This document shows positions 38,393 to 47,702 of a DNA stretch of 64,000 nt, piece after piece. Every line of letters starts with the position of its first letter. Within the stretch, counting starts at the first letter, position 1. Position numbers and translations under genes: made by a program. The DNA is from a virus: IMG/VR virus record IMGVR_UViG_3300045993_000425, positions 32,001-96,000 of that record, one strand, 5' to 3'. Below the pieces are notes generated by a model that saw only the letters and a program-made list of their open reading frames with translations, searched no databases and was not told the DNA's origin.

Positions 38393-41215
38393 CTAGCGAT
38401 AGATTAGAACTACACGACCCGGTTGCCCCGCGCCGCCGGACGCCGCCCCACCATTTCCGATGGTGCCCCGGAACGGATGCTTCGATTGCCCCGGCACGCT
38501 TGAGATCGCCGCTTCTAGGTAGCCGCTGGTGATGAAACTAGATCCGCCGCCGCCGCCGCCCGAGCCGCTGCTGCCGTTATTACTAGCGCCGCCGCCGCCG
38601 CCGCCGTAGTAGCCACCGCCACCGCCACCGCCAGAGGTCCTGATGCCCGCCCCTGCCCCGCCCTGACCAAATGCTCCCGCCGCGCCCGAGGTAACCGCGC
38701 AACCGCCAGCGCCGCCAGCGCCGCCCGTAGACGAGGTAGCGCCGTAGCCGAACCCTCCGAGGCAGCCTCCGATGGCGGGAAATCCGTTCTGCCCAATGCC
38801 TGCGCCGCCGCCGCCGCCGCCGTTGTATGTCGAGAATCCTAATAGAGCGCCGCCGCCACCTCCGGCCGCGACCGCCAGGAAGCCGGTCGTCGATACCGAG
38901 GTGGCGCCGCCTCCACCGGCCCCTCCGTAAGTACCGCTACCGCCCGCGCCGCCGCCGCCGAATCCTCCCCCTCCACCCGTCCCCGAAGTGGAGATGCCGC
39001 CGCCGCCGCCGCCGACCGTAACGACGATCATCTGTCCAGCAGTCACGCTGATCGTCGAAGATGCGAACGCGCCGCCGCCGCCAGTGACGTTGCAGACACC
39101 GCCACAGGCAGTGTCGGTGTCGCCACCGCCACCCGCACCCCACAGGTAGACATCTGCGGTTGTCGCGCCGGCCGGGACGACGACGCTTGTGGTCGTGCCG
39201 GTGTAGTCGATCACATTTGCCTTGTTGCTGGCAAGAGTAGGTGACACAGACACCTTGTAAAAGCGCAGCAAAGCATACCCGTCGCCCGGTGTGGGACGGT
39301 TCACGTCACCCCCGTATCCAACCGCCGTCGGGCGAAGCGGGTTTGATACCTGCGCCGGAGTCGATGTCACGGCTGCTTCGGCGTACTGTCCTGTTCCAGA
39401 CCCGCCGCCGCCAGGGCCAGCTCCCGCAGAGTTGGTCGTATCCGCGCCCCCGCCCCCCCCGCCGTAGTAGCCACCGCCACCGCCACCGCCGGAACGGCCG
39501 CCACCACCAATACCGCCTGCGCCACCGAGCCGGTAAGAGCCGCTAGAGCCCGAGACCGTACCGTTGACGACGGACGGGCCGCCCGATCCTCCGCTCATCT
39601 GCGATCCGCTGCCGCCAGCGCGGGCCGTCCAAGGATAGATCGACCACTCCATTTCACTCAGCACGCCGCCGGTCCAGCCGCCGCCTGGGCCGCCCCAATC
39701 GAACATAAACGGAGCAACCGAGCCGTTGAGCGCAGCTCCGCCGCCGCCGCCAGCCACGATAGACTCGCCAGTAGACACGCGAGTGACCCAGGTGCCGCCG
39801 CCGCCAGAGCCGGCACCGTAGCCGCCGGCAGTCGTGGATCCGCCACCGTTGAAGCCTCCAGCGTGCGCCGCGCCGCCACAGTCAAAACACCCGCTGCCGC
39901 CGCCACCGACGGACACAGACAACCGCTCGCCCGGTGTTACGGACCAAACACCGTACGAGAAGCCGCCGCCGCCGCCGCCTTGGCTACAGTAATTAAGGCC
40001 CACGCCGCACGCACTGGCATAAAAGCCGCCGCCGCCAGCGCCCCAGGTGAGCACTTCTACTGCGTTCATGCCGGCAGGCACTGCGATGGTGGATGACACT
40101 CCAGCGACGATGGCTACGGGAAACACCCCTGTTCCGGCAGTCCGGTTGAAAACGATCACCGCACGACCATTGTATCCATTTTGCACACTGTTAGTAGTTG
40201 TTGACATCCCACCCATACCGGCGTTCCCACCGTAGTATGGACTGCTAGTCATCGCTGCTACTGTGTAAACATCAGATCTTCGCGTATCCCCCCCGCCTCC
40301 GGCATATCCTGACCCACCACCTCCGCTGCCTCCACCCGCCCAGACCGGACCTGATGGTGAGTAGCCACCACCAGCTCCTCCACCAAAGTAACCACCGCCC
40401 CCTCCTCCAGCCAGACCCCCAACGGCTAGTCCGCTGCCGCCCAGAAAGTAGCTTCCCGCCGCCGAGGCTCCGTTGATGGCTTGGTTTCCCTGATCTCCTC
40501 CGGATGTCTGTCCTCCTGGCATGCCTCCACCACTGAAAAATAGTCCCGCACTTCCTTCAAGTGAGCAACAAGCACCTCCAGGAGACGGATAGCCTTCGAG
40601 GCCATATCCGCCGCCGCCCATGCCCCCATACGCATTCGTTCGTCCACCAGCCCCAGAAACGCCCCCACCACCACCAGCTACCAGAAGATCATATGTCGAG
40701 GTAACAACGGTGCCACCCCCTCCACCTCCACCTCCCTTGTTAGTGCTGGCGCAGGTGCTAGCATAGTCTCCGGGCCCACCTGGCGCGATGCCGCTACCTC
40801 CTAGTGCGTATGTGACCACTGAGGACGTTGGGGTACAGATTCCACCACCACCACCACCACCAACTGTTACTGATATTTGACCGTCTAGCGGCACGATTAT
40901 GGTACTGGATGTGAAACCTCCACCCCCACCACCACTTGTCGCGTATTGATGTACGCTGAGTCCACCACCACCGCCACCCCACAAGTAGACATCTACCGCA
41001 GGAACATCCGCCGGAACCGTGCAGGTAATGGTGCTGGTCGAGGTGAATACCTGACCATCGGTACACCAGCCACCGGCAGTCAATACTCTGGTCGATTCAT
41101 CGCTCTGAAAGGATAGCGTTCGACCCTTGCGACCGAGCCCACCTGTGGTCGAAAGCGTCTGGGCTAGTCCAGCGAAAGCTACCAGCAATGTAAGCGCACT
41201 TAGCAGTCTACGCAT
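38393..41215 (-). CDS. Signal-peptide-bearing protein with three tandem glycine-rich (polyglycine-II-type) domains
   Basis: MRRLLSALTLLVAFAGLA; three modules starting 'VPA..(V/A)(D/E)V..WG(G/A)GGGG' and containing 'GGGGGGY(F/Y)GGG.GG'; 14 Cys. Confidence 0.8.
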   Translation of the reverse strand: MRRLLSALTLLVAFAGLAQTLSTTGGLGRKGRTLSFQSDESTRVLTAGGWCTDGQVFTSTSTITCTVPADVPAVDVYLWGGGGGGLSVHQYATSGGGGGGFTSSTIIVPLDGQISVTVGGGGGGGICTPTSSVVTYALGGSGIAPGGPGDYASTCASTNKGGGGGGGGTVVTSTYDLLVAGGGGGVSGAGGRTNAYGGMGGGGYGLEGYPSPGGACCSLEGSAGLFFSGGGMPGGQTSGGDQGNQAINGASAAGSYFLGGSGLAVGGLAGGGGGGYFGGGAGGGYSPSGPVWAGGGSGGGGSGYAGGGGDTRRSDVYTVAAMTSSPYYGGNAGMGGMSTTTNSVQNGYNGRAVIVFNRTAGTGVFPVAIVAGVSSTIAVPAGMNAVEVLTWGAGGGGFYASACGVGLNYCSQGGGGGGFSYGVWSVTPGERLSVSVGGGGSGCFDCGGAAHAGGFNGGGSTTAGGYGAGSGGGGTWVTRVSTGESIVAGGGGGAALNGSVAPFMFDWGGPGGGWTGGVLSEMEWSIYPWTARAGGSGSQMSGGSGGPSVVNGTVSGSSGSYRLGGAGGIGGGGRSGGGGGGGYYGGGGGGADTTNSAGAGPGGGGSGTGQYAEAAVTSTPAQVSNPLRPTAVGYGGDVNRPTPGDGYALLRFYKVSVSPTLASNKANVIDYTGTTTSVVVPAGATTADVYLWGAGGGGDTDTACGGVCNVTGGGGAFASSTISVTAGQMIVVTVGGGGGGISTSGTGGGGGFGGGGAGGSGTYGGAGGGGATSVSTTGFLAVAAGGGGGALLGFSTYNGGGGGGAGIGQNGFPAIGGCLGGFGYGATSSTGGAGGAGGCAVTSGAAGAFGQGGAGAGIRTSGGGGGGGYYGGGGGGASNNGSSGSGGGGGGSSFITSGYLEAAISSVPGQSKHPFRGTIGNGGAASGGAGQPGRVVLIYR

Positions 41216-41653
41216 TTAGAACCCGATAGCTGAGACATCGATAGAGCTGTTGGTGGATGTCGCGAAGCTCAAGCATGAGATCGCGCCAAGATAGGTGCCG
41301 GGACCCTGGTTGCAGGTATAGGACAGACCGTCGCCTGTGCTGGTGGCAGTACTAGCCTTCAAGATGAAGTGTCGAGTCGTGGTGGGTGTCGAGTGGGCGC
41401 AGAACAGAGGAGTAGTTCCCGTGTTCTGAAGCAAGCACTGGAATCTCTTGGCGTTTGCGCTCAGGACGAGTGTCGATGTTGTATTTAGGTTTAGACAAGG
41501 GCTCGTGCCACAAGCTGGCTGCTCATTGACAGTGCCACCGCTGGGAGAAATACCGACAGGGGTTCCATTGGATAGCCCCTGAACCCTGGTTGTCTGAGCT
41601 ACAGCAACGCTGGCAAGAAGCAAAATCGCAAGAAATGCAAGTAGACGGCTCAT
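41216..41653 (-). CDS. Signal-peptide-bearing small decoration-like protein
   Basis: GGAGG RBS before MSRLLAFLAILLLASVAVA; 6 Cys. Confidence 0.7.
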   Translation of the reverse strand: MSRLLAFLAILLLASVAVAQTTRVQGLSNGTPVGISPSGGTVNEQPACGTSPCLNLNTTSTLVLSANAKRFQCLLQNTGTTPLFCAHSTPTTTRHFILKASTATSTGDGLSYTCNQGPGTYLGAISCLSFATSTNSSIDVSAIGF

Positions 41654-41680
41654 CAAGGCCTCCAAGCCTGTTCAGAGCAA

Positions 41681-41687
41681 AGATTGC
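41681..41687 (-). promoter_or_regulatory. Putative late promoter motif GCAATCT
   Basis: Heads the signal-peptide gene cluster. Confidence 0.55.
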
Positions 41688-41694
41688 CGCCAGA

Positions 41695-42120
41695 TTAAAC
41701 TAGAACCTGACCAACGGAATCGATTGCCTTGACATAGAGGCCAATCCTGCTACCCAGCCAACCATCTGTTCTCTTTAGGACGAATCGGAAACCACTAGAG
41801 ATGGGGGTCTTGTTGCAGCCTAAGAAGTCTGACGTGAATGTCAGGCTGTCATAGATCGTCTCAAACTGCTGTGTCCCGATATAGTTAACGTAAATGATGA
41901 TCGTCGCGAACATACCGCTACCGGTCGTCAAGTCGAACTGGACCGGGTCGTGTGGCAGCAGGTGCGTAGCCAGGTTGGGCAGGATGTTAGTGATGCTAGG
42001 GCCAAGTGGCAGGTAGGAACCTGGGCGTGGGGCTCTAGGAATAGGAGACGGATTTCTGACGATGCCAGATACCCGAATCATCGCTCTAGAGCTGCTAGAG
42101 TCTATAGTCTGGTATCTCAC
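41695..42120 (-). CDS. Hypothetical virion-associated protein
   Basis: In the late operon; GTG start. Confidence 0.55.
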   Translation of the reverse strand: MRYQTIDSSSSRAMIRVSGIVRNPSPIPRAPRPGSYLPLGPSITNILPNLATHLLPHDPVQFDLTTGSGMFATIIIYVNYIGTQQFETIYDSLTFTSDFLGCNKTPISSGFRFVLKRTDGWLGSRIGLYVKAIDSVGQVLV

Positions 42121-42130
42121 CTAAGCCACC

Positions 42131-43321
42131 TTACATCGCTGGCACGACGGTCTGGGTTCCTAGAGGCAGCCAAACATGCCCAGCGACCATCGAGGCGTAG
42201 GGAGGAGTTCCAGGCTCGCAGGTTCCACCTGCCACCCCAAGCTGAAACGAAATATCTACCAATCTGCCGCGTCTGGTCATCGGGCTTGTATTCAGCAGGA
42301 ACACTGCGCTATCGACCCATGCCGTAAACACGCTGTCGATACCTGAAATGAAGGCGGGCCAAGTGTCATACCCGCCAGAAAAAGCATCGATGTTCGTAGT
42401 TGATCTCGAGTACGAGACAAAGCCAGCCTTTAGAACGCAGGTGGAGCCACTCTGCCGACTCTTGAAATATGGCGACCAGCTATTGACCAGAGTACCGACG
42501 ACAAGTGAGATACCGTAGGTGAGAGAGCAGTCACGGTAGATAACAGCCGGCCAAGGGTCGGAGAGGTATGGGTCACCCATCTCCTGCACGATCAATGCAG
42601 AGTCAAACTTACCTACTGCGGTTCTACCGCTTACGATCCAGAATGCTCCGTCAGATGCAAGACCAGCATGGTATCGAACGGTTCCTGCTGTATTGCTGGC
42701 TCCATGCCGGTTGCTGAACGCATCCCACATGTTGCCGTATCTAGCTACCTCAGACACAACAGACCCAGCTCCAATAGAGCCAGCATTACCGAACGCATCA
42801 AACCCAGTATCGTCTGTGCTCCAGGGTCTACGGATGACGCTACCACCTGTCGGCATGGTCTTGCACAGGTATACAGAACTTGCACCGTCATCAGCCCCGA
42901 TGCAGTCCAAGATCAAGTAGTAGGATGCTCCTGATGTCATCACTGGAGACTTCAGGACGCACCAACTATGGCAGGTTACGTTTGCTGTTCCAGCGAACTG
43001 CGGGGAGGTGCGGTTGGTGGTGTCCCAGTACAGCTTGGCTTCTGCCGTTCCATTCCAGACGCTTCCCCAGGTGCCGCCGGTCCCATTATCTACGATTGCA
43101 GCAGAACCATCTCCAGTGACTGCGAAGTCGCTGTTATTCGTCGTGGAATATCCAGTTCGACCACAAGACTGAACCAACGTCCACAGTCCCTGCGTCAATC
43201 CACCGATCTGCCCAGTCAGAAACGCTTTGATGAACCATACTCCATACTTACCACTGCTCGTACCAGCAGTCGCTAGGTTGTTCGTGCTGCTCTGCCAGAC
43301 TTTTTCAAACGAGGTCGCCAT
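42131..43321 (-). CDS. Putative virion/fibre-associated protein
   Basis: Ser/Thr/Gly/Trp-rich beta protein with GGAG RBS. Confidence 0.55.
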   Translation of the reverse strand: MATSFEKVWQSSTNNLATAGTSSGKYGVWFIKAFLTGQIGGLTQGLWTLVQSCGRTGYSTTNNSDFAVTGDGSAAIVDNGTGGTWGSVWNGTAEAKLYWDTTNRTSPQFAGTANVTCHSWCVLKSPVMTSGASYYLILDCIGADDGASSVYLCKTMPTGGSVIRRPWSTDDTGFDAFGNAGSIGAGSVVSEVARYGNMWDAFSNRHGASNTAGTVRYHAGLASDGAFWIVSGRTAVGKFDSALIVQEMGDPYLSDPWPAVIYRDCSLTYGISLVVGTLVNSWSPYFKSRQSGSTCVLKAGFVSYSRSTTNIDAFSGGYDTWPAFISGIDSVFTAWVDSAVFLLNTSPMTRRGRLVDISFQLGVAGGTCEPGTPPYASMVAGHVWLPLGTQTVVPAM

Positions 43322-43329
43322 CTGGTCTC

Positions 43330-43698
43330 CTAGCTACTGTTTCTCATCGACAGTTCTGAGGCTTCCAACTGCGACACAGGGAGGTCGCGAGTCGAAACAT
43401 TCGTCTTGCCGTCAGGCTGGATAGTCAGCCGGTGCTCAACGAACGACACCTCACCCACGATGCCGATGATCTTGGCAACTAGGCGGCCAGGGCCACCTAC
43501 CCAGGAGAGAACCTCATTCGCGAAGTAAAATCGAAGACCTGGGTGACCAGTGAAAGAAGCCAGCTCCTCTCGGCCCTTGTCACCGTAGTGAACCAGGGAG
43601 AGCTTAGAGATGCCATCTTTGACATCATCCCAGTAGCAGCCACCCTCGGCCATCTCCTGACCGTCAGGGTAGCTGGCGACGAATCCAACGAATGCCAT
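43330..43698 (-). CDS. Hypothetical protein
   Basis: AGGAG RBS; in the operon. Confidence 0.6.
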   Translation of the reverse strand: MAFVGFVASYPDGQEMAEGGCYWDDVKDGISKLSLVHYGDKGREELASFTGHPGLRFYFANEVLSWVGGPGRLVAKIIGIVGEVSFVEHRLTIQPDGKTNVSTRDLPVSQLEASELSMRNSS

Positions 43699-43709
43699 CT
43701 TAGCTCCTA

Positions 43710-44426
43710 TTAGGTGGTGATCCAGCCCTCTTGCGAGTCAACCGTACCTGTCGGAGGGATGTCGAGCTTGTAGAGGGGAGCGACGGTGCCCGAGTTGCAG
43801 TGCCGTAGACCGTTGATACCGGGAGTGAGCTTGGTCCAGACCGGCGAAAGCTCAGTTCCACCGTCATTGTAATACCAGGAGACGGTCGGAGCGGGACCAG
43901 TGTACTGATACCGGATCATGAGGTCATAAGTCATGTTGTCGCTGGTCTGAACGTCGCTCGACATCTCGAGCATTTCGTTCCAGCGCATGCAGCCAGTCGG
44001 GTTGTCTGGGTTGCCTACGGCTCCCGACCCGTTGCCAAGGGCTCCAGTAGCCGCTGAGAAGCCGGTTCCGTAGCAGCCCACCCCAAAGGCCCCACCAGCA
44101 GTCATGCCGCTCTGAACGTAGCTGCTGCGTCCAGAGAGCCGGTTCGGGTTAGCAGCTCCTGCCGTGGCATTCGTAGGCTTCCAACCACTCGCTGGAGCCG
44201 TCGCCGAGGTGTCCACGACGCTGACCATTGGTCGGTTGCCGTTACCTGTCGTCCCAACCAGCACCTTGCCGACGTTGGTGGTTCCAGAGCCGACTAGAGG
44301 AAAGATTGAGCCATCGTAGGCCTCTAGCGTGGGAGCCGCACTCAGTGGCTGCGAGAATGTGGCGGCAAACACGTTTCGAGCGGGACTGTTGTTGCCGTAA
44401 CCGATTGCTTTTGATGGGATTGACAT
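43710..44426 (-). CDS. Putative virion structural protein
   Basis: Gly/Thr-rich; first gene after the GTAATCT motif. Confidence 0.6.
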   Translation of the reverse strand: MSIPSKAIGYGNNSPARNVFAATFSQPLSAAPTLEAYDGSIFPLVGSGTTNVGKVLVGTTGNGNRPMVSVVDTSATAPASGWKPTNATAGAANPNRLSGRSSYVQSGMTAGGAFGVGCYGTGFSAATGALGNGSGAVGNPDNPTGCMRWNEMLEMSSDVQTSDNMTYDLMIRYQYTGPAPTVSWYYNDGGTELSPVWTKLTPGINGLRHCNSGTVAPLYKLDIPPTGTVDSQEGWITT

Positions 44427-44457
44427 TCTTTGCCCTCTGTTGCGGGTCGTGCCTTAG

Positions 44458-44464
44458 AGATTAC
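44458..44464 (-). promoter_or_regulatory. Putative late promoter motif GTAATCT
   Basis: Back-to-back with TGCTATGGG of the divergent gene at 44488. Confidence 0.55.
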
Positions 44465-44487
44465 CACCAATGTGCTATGGGTAGGGT

Positions 44488-44871
44488 ATGCGCCAAGACA
44501 TCGACCTGATCGTGGACGTGCTGGGCTCTGCCGCTGCTAGAGTCAACGACGAGTCCCTCCGACTCAAGAGAGCTGTCGAGCAGAGGAACCTCATTCACAA
44601 GCTAGCTGCTCGAGGTGAGCCTCCAGTAGACCACCCACGCTACCGCTGGGTCATGGAGCACACAAACCTGATGGCCCTGCAATTCAAGGAGTGGGCAGAC
44701 CAGTACGAGCTCGAGAACCCAGGAGAAGCCATAGGTCCGCTAGACATGTACGACCTAGCCGACAATGTCCACAGCGTGCTACTGGATGGCCTCAGGGAGT
44801 GCGGCATCGACCCAACCAAGCCGATAGAGGTCATCGATGAAGAGGCTGATAAGACAGAAGGGGATGCCTAG
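44488..44871 (+). CDS. Hypothetical protein
   Basis: Leaderless after an extended -10. Confidence 0.6.
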   Translation: MRQDIDLIVDVLGSAAARVNDESLRLKRAVEQRNLIHKLAARGEPPVDHPRYRWVMEHTNLMALQFKEWADQYELENPGEAIGPLDMYDLADNVHSVLLDGLRECGIDPTKPIEVIDEEADKTEGDA

Positions 44872-46916
44872 TCGACCCCTAGTGCTGACTTGATATCTGG
44901 GAGAAACTTGGTTTCCCATTCCCTCTGGGCCCAGATGAGACCCTGGTCAAAGAACCTCATCCCCTCCATACCAGGGTGCTCCCACTTGACACCCTCGTGT
45001 TTGCTGGAGACGATTCGGAAGGTCAGAATGGATCTATTGACCATCTGCTGCCCCTTCTTGTCCGTCTTGGGGATAGTGCGACCATCGCCTGCCTTCTCAA
45101 AGATGGGGTTCTGGTAGATCCTGACACCCTGGAGAAGAGGTGTACCTGTCGGCCCCACCATCGGAGCCCCGATGGCACCTCTCCCGAAGCCGTGATCGTT
45201 TGGTGGCTTTCCGGCGACATTCCCGAGGTTTGGAGTAGCTACTCCGAAATCAGGCCTGTTCGGGGTAGGCATGTACCCCCTATTATTCTTTCCACCCATC
45301 CCGAACGAGTGCAGCATCCCGGTCTTAGCCGAACCGTCATCATTGCGCTCGATTTTGGCGTATGGAATGCCTCTGGTTTTCAGTTCCTTCTTGATGGTGG
45401 CAGTCAGAGTCTGCTCTGCCATCGTCTGGCTGGCGGGTCCCTTGTTCTTGACGAATGGGATCACTCGGTATGTGCTGTTGTGGATGAATACTGTCTCACA
45501 ACAAAACGAGTGTTCGTCTGCGTCTAGTACGATGTCGTACTTCTTGGCATAGACATGATCTGCTCGGTTCACGACACCCTTCTTGATGCTTCCAACCCTA
45601 ACCCAAGCCAGTCCGATTTCGCTTGAATGGTTTTTGATCCAAAGGGCCAAGTGTCGCGCCATTTCTTGGCCTATCTTATAAATCTTGTGCGACGGGACTC
45701 TGAGTATCCTCACGTCAGCTTCCCTGCACGCCTCATCCTTGGCTCGATCACGCTCTATTTGTTCAGGTCGCGAATGCCACTTCGTTCCATCGAGTTCTAT
45801 CAACAGTCTCAGTCTCGGAATGTAAAAGTCACCGTATAGAATGGACTTTCTGGTCATTCCCCTTCCTGCGTTGACGATCCTGTCTGTTTCAATTGGGATT
45901 TCACGTTCATACGAAACCATAGCCTCGTTGAGACATTTCTCAAAATAGGCCTCGGGCCTCCAACTGCCACCGTGCGACAAAGCGGCTCTCATAGACTTTG
46001 AACTAGCGTCTCTCATCTTCTTCAGATGCGACGGATTTCTGGCCCCCCAATCAGGACGATCAAAGCACCCACTGTCTCTAGCTGCCTTATTCGCCTTGAT
46101 CCCATTTCGGCGGCGATCTTCTTTATTGATCGGCAACGCACGCCCCTCAAGTACCGAGGCTCTTCTGGCGCATTTGTTGTTCAGGCAATACTGAGTCAAC
46201 TTGGCGTTGATCGGCAGCGGAGCATGACACGATCTGCAACGTCTTAGCAGGTCTGCCGGGGTTGCGATCAAGTCATCCTTCTTCAATTCTCCGGCCGGTT
46301 TCCATCCTTCTGGAGTTAGTACTGGGTGATCGATTGTCAATGACAGAGCAGGCAGAGTCAGGTCAGAGTTAACTTTGGATGCGTTACCGGGGCCTGCCGT
46401 TTTCGGTCTGATGCGAACATACTCGGTGCCGATTCCTGCTGGACGCACCAGCAACTCCTTTACCTCCCTGAACTTGCCAGAGTGACTCAACACCATATCT
46501 CCAGCAACGATATCTTTGATCTTTTTCCACCCAAGGTTGGTCAGAACTTTGTTTCGTGGATTTAGAACACATCCATCTTTCGCACGCTTAGGCCCAGACT
46601 TGCTGTTCCCTCGAGATGACTGCCGTAGTAGGTCTTTCACCATGCTGTGCTGCGGCATCCCCATCTCAATCCACCCAGCTGGGGCTAGTAGGGTGATCAT
46701 CCAGACACCTGGAGCTATCTCGACAGGTTCTTTCAGGTTTTCTAGGTACGATGCTCGCCTGGTGTGTAGCTTGACCTGGGCTTGCTCCGCGATTTTGGCG
46801 TGTGTTTGCCCTGCTAGTCGCTTGGCTGTCAGATGTAGCAGCTTGTCTAGCTGGCCCAGCTTCTCGGCCGCCACCTCGAGGTCACCTACATCTAGAGTGA
46901 GTGATAGGTCTGCCAT
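44868..46916 (-). CDS. Putative neck/morphogenesis protein interrupted by an intein
   Basis: Exteins join as 'KRAKDG|STYRVIPF'; C-terminal 'TFRIVSS..WEHPG'; late motif 8 nt upstream. Confidence 0.7.
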   Translation of the reverse strand: MADLSLTLDVGDLEVAAEKLGQLDKLLHLTAKRLAGQTHAKIAEQAQVKLHTRRASYLENLKEPVEIAPGVWMITLLAPAGWIEMGMPQHSMVKDLLRQSSRGNSKSGPKRAKDGCVLNPRNKVLTNLGWKKIKDIVAGDMVLSHSGKFREVKELLVRPAGIGTEYVRIRPKTAGPGNASKVNSDLTLPALSLTIDHPVLTPEGWKPAGELKKDDLIATPADLLRRCRSCHAPLPINAKLTQYCLNNKCARRASVLEGRALPINKEDRRRNGIKANKAARDSGCFDRPDWGARNPSHLKKMRDASSKSMRAALSHGGSWRPEAYFEKCLNEAMVSYEREIPIETDRIVNAGRGMTRKSILYGDFYIPRLRLLIELDGTKWHSRPEQIERDRAKDEACREADVRILRVPSHKIYKIGQEMARHLALWIKNHSSEIGLAWVRVGSIKKGVVNRADHVYAKKYDIVLDADEHSFCCETVFIHNSTYRVIPFVKNKGPASQTMAEQTLTATIKKELKTRGIPYAKIERNDDGSAKTGMLHSFGMGGKNNRGYMPTPNRPDFGVATPNLGNVAGKPPNDHGFGRGAIGAPMVGPTGTPLLQGVRIYQNPIFEKAGDGRTIPKTDKKGQQMVNRSILTFRIVSSKHEGVKWEHPGMEGMRFFDQGLIWAQREWETKFLPDIKSALGVD
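45477..46571 (-). mobile_element. Intein (365 aa) with DUF559/Vsr-like endonuclease
   Basis: Starts C-VLNPRNKVLT, block B 'TIDHP', ends 'FIHN' before Ser; internal 'DFYIP..IELDGTKWH..RDRAKD..ILRV'. Confidence 0.9.
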
Positions 46917-46924
46917 CGACTGCT

Positions 46925-46931
46925 AGATTGC
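46925..46931 (-). promoter_or_regulatory. Putative late promoter motif GCAATCT (leaderless)
   Basis: 8 nt upstream of ATG 46916; adjacent to the divergent TGCTACTAT. Confidence 0.6.
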
Positions 46932-46951
46932 AGCTGTGCTACTATCATTCC

Positions 46952-47236
46952 ATGACCAAGCCAGCGTTCAGCGTTCGGAAGGAACAGCGTCATCACTTCG
47001 ATGTCGAGCAGAGGGATGATGCGATTCAGGAACTAGCCAAAATCATGACTGACGACCCCACCCTGCCTCAGGCCTTCTTGAGCAGTGGTGACTTCCTGGT
47101 CCTCGCCTCCAGGGATGCCGAGTCGACTGATTTTGAGATCTACGACTGCACCATCGAGCGCACCGGCTCCAGCTACGATCAGAAGGAAGAAACCCATCTG
47201 TGTCGGGCGTGTCGACAGTGCTCCTGCCGTGCTTAG
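46952..47236 (+). CDS. Hypothetical protein with C-terminal Cys cluster
   Basis: ATG 6 nt after TGCTACTAT. Confidence 0.6.
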   Translation: MTKPAFSVRKEQRHHFDVEQRDDAIQELAKIMTDDPTLPQAFLSSGDFLVLASRDAESTDFEIYDCTIERTGSSYDQKEETHLCRACRQCSCRA

Positions 47237-47275
47237 GCAGAGGCAATCATTTATCCTGAACTTCCGAGGACATAA

Positions 47276-47530
47276 ATGAGATCAGAAGAGTCGAACCCCG
47301 ATTGGTTCCAGGACTTTATCGTTCCGCAAGACACAGACAGCGTGGTCTGCCAGAAGTGCAAGGAGGCCTCCCCCTTGCCTGATTGGCAGCTGAGTTTCGC
47401 TGGGTGCGACAGTTGCGGAGAGCACGCTGTCCTCCAGTGCCCTAGCTGTTTGGATTGGGTTGACATGGTCGATGAACTAGAGGACCCCCTAGAGATTCTA
47501 CCAGGAGGAAAAGATGTGCCAGTCGTGTGA
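47276..47530 (+). CDS. Small zinc-ribbon protein
   Basis: Three CxxC motifs; GAGGA RBS. Confidence 0.6.
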   Translation: MRSEESNPDWFQDFIVPQDTDSVVCQKCKEASPLPDWQLSFAGCDSCGEHAVLQCPSCLDWVDMVDELEDPLEILPGGKDVPVV

Positions 47531-47702
47531 TTGGGAGGATGCGGCTTACAGGGCGAGGCGAGTCTCGGAAGACCAGCCAGCCTGGAAGAACCGGTCGAGC
47601 GAGTTCTTCCTGAGCCTGTCCGACTCGATTGAGTCAAGTCACCATGTGACGACCCGGCAGATCGAGGTCATCGAGCAGGGCGAGGCAGAACTGGAAGACT
47701 AG
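47514..47702 (+). CDS. Hypothetical protein
   Basis: AGGAGG RBS. Confidence 0.6.
   Translation: MCQSCDWEDAAYRARRVSEDQPAWKNRSSEFFLSLSDSIESSHHVTTRQIEVIEQGEAELED

Noticed and set aside
38393-41215. GCC/CCA runs as microsatellites or DGR target repeats
   Set aside because: Explained by polyglycine coding; no reverse transcriptase or adenine-specific repeat pair seen in the window
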